A DNA stretch of 64,000 nt from a virus. The notes beneath the pieces were generated by a model. That model ran no database searches and had not been told where the DNA came from. It was given only the letters and a program-made list of their open reading frames with translations. The translations under genes were made by a program, and so were the position numbers. The stretch covers positions 32,001 to 96,000 of the IMG/VR virus record IMGVR_UViG_3300028840_004168; one strand, given 5' to 3'. This document shows, one piece after another, positions 63,744-64,000 of this stretch (the stretch's first letter is position 1; every line of letters starts with the position of its first letter).

Positions 63744-64000
63744 CTATTTAGCCTTTACTCTAATCACAGGCACTGTCTTTGCGTCTGTAATATCCCATAT
63801 ATCAAGATTAATATTATTTTCTTTGCTTGCGTCAAGTGCATTTTTCCTGCTGACAGTGACAAAGTTTAATAATGATTTAATTTGTTGACTGGTAAAAGAT
63901 ACAAGTAATAAGCTATCATATCTCTGAGAAGTATTTAAGATCAAGTCGGCATTTTTAAAATCCCAGGTATGATTGATAATAATGCCGTTTTTAGTTTGAT
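63744..64000 (-). CDS. C-terminal part of a hypothetical protein entering from the right edge
   Basis: The frame stays open to the window edge (...QTKNGIIINHTWDFKNADLILNTSQR...). Confidence 0.65.
   Translation of the reverse strand, partial: QTKNGIIINHTWDFKNADLILNTSQRYDSLLLVSFTSQQIKSLLNFVTVSRKNALDASKENNINLDIWDITDAKTVPVIRVKAK

Overview
The whole window is bacteriophage DNA (Caudoviricetes-type); no host genes, tRNA, rRNA or CRISPR array were seen. About 1-51.0 kb is a minus-strand late region. In transcription order it carries: probable small terminase, Mu-gp28-like TerL, DUF935-type portal, an ~11 kb insert (two signal-peptide proteins, YiiX/YaeF-type papain, holin-like protein, stand-alone response-regulator receiver, LamG protein, Amidase_3 endolysin), Mu-like prohead protease/scaffold, decoration protein, gpE-family major capsid, neck genes, tail tube, two duplicated tail-assembly chaperones, a 2846-aa tape measure, a second tail-tube paralog, and many paralogous or Cys-rich tail-tip genes. 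It ends with an intein-containing GT9 glycosyltransferase and an SF2 helicase running off the left edge. No sheath is visible, so a long non-contractile tail is inferred. 51.1-63.0 kb is a plus-strand array of small putative early genes (RHH regulators, a tnpB remnant, a nuclease-dead HNH, DUF4031, HicB-like proteins). The most unusual signal is there: about 12 proteins of at least three unrelated folds end in a shared basic-hydrophobic tail ([KR]3-5-x-[FI], often KRK/LFNQF/YK). Eight of them also carry an H..C..CxxC zinc-finger module, and near-identical 22-30 bp DNA repeats sit at the gene junctions. Second is the chaperone locus, where a gene duplication, an intrinsic terminator and a micro-ORF appear to replace the usual G/GT frameshift. 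Sigma70-like promoters, Shine-Dalgarno sites and the amidase point to a bacterial host. All family assignments come from motif recognition by eye; no database search was run.
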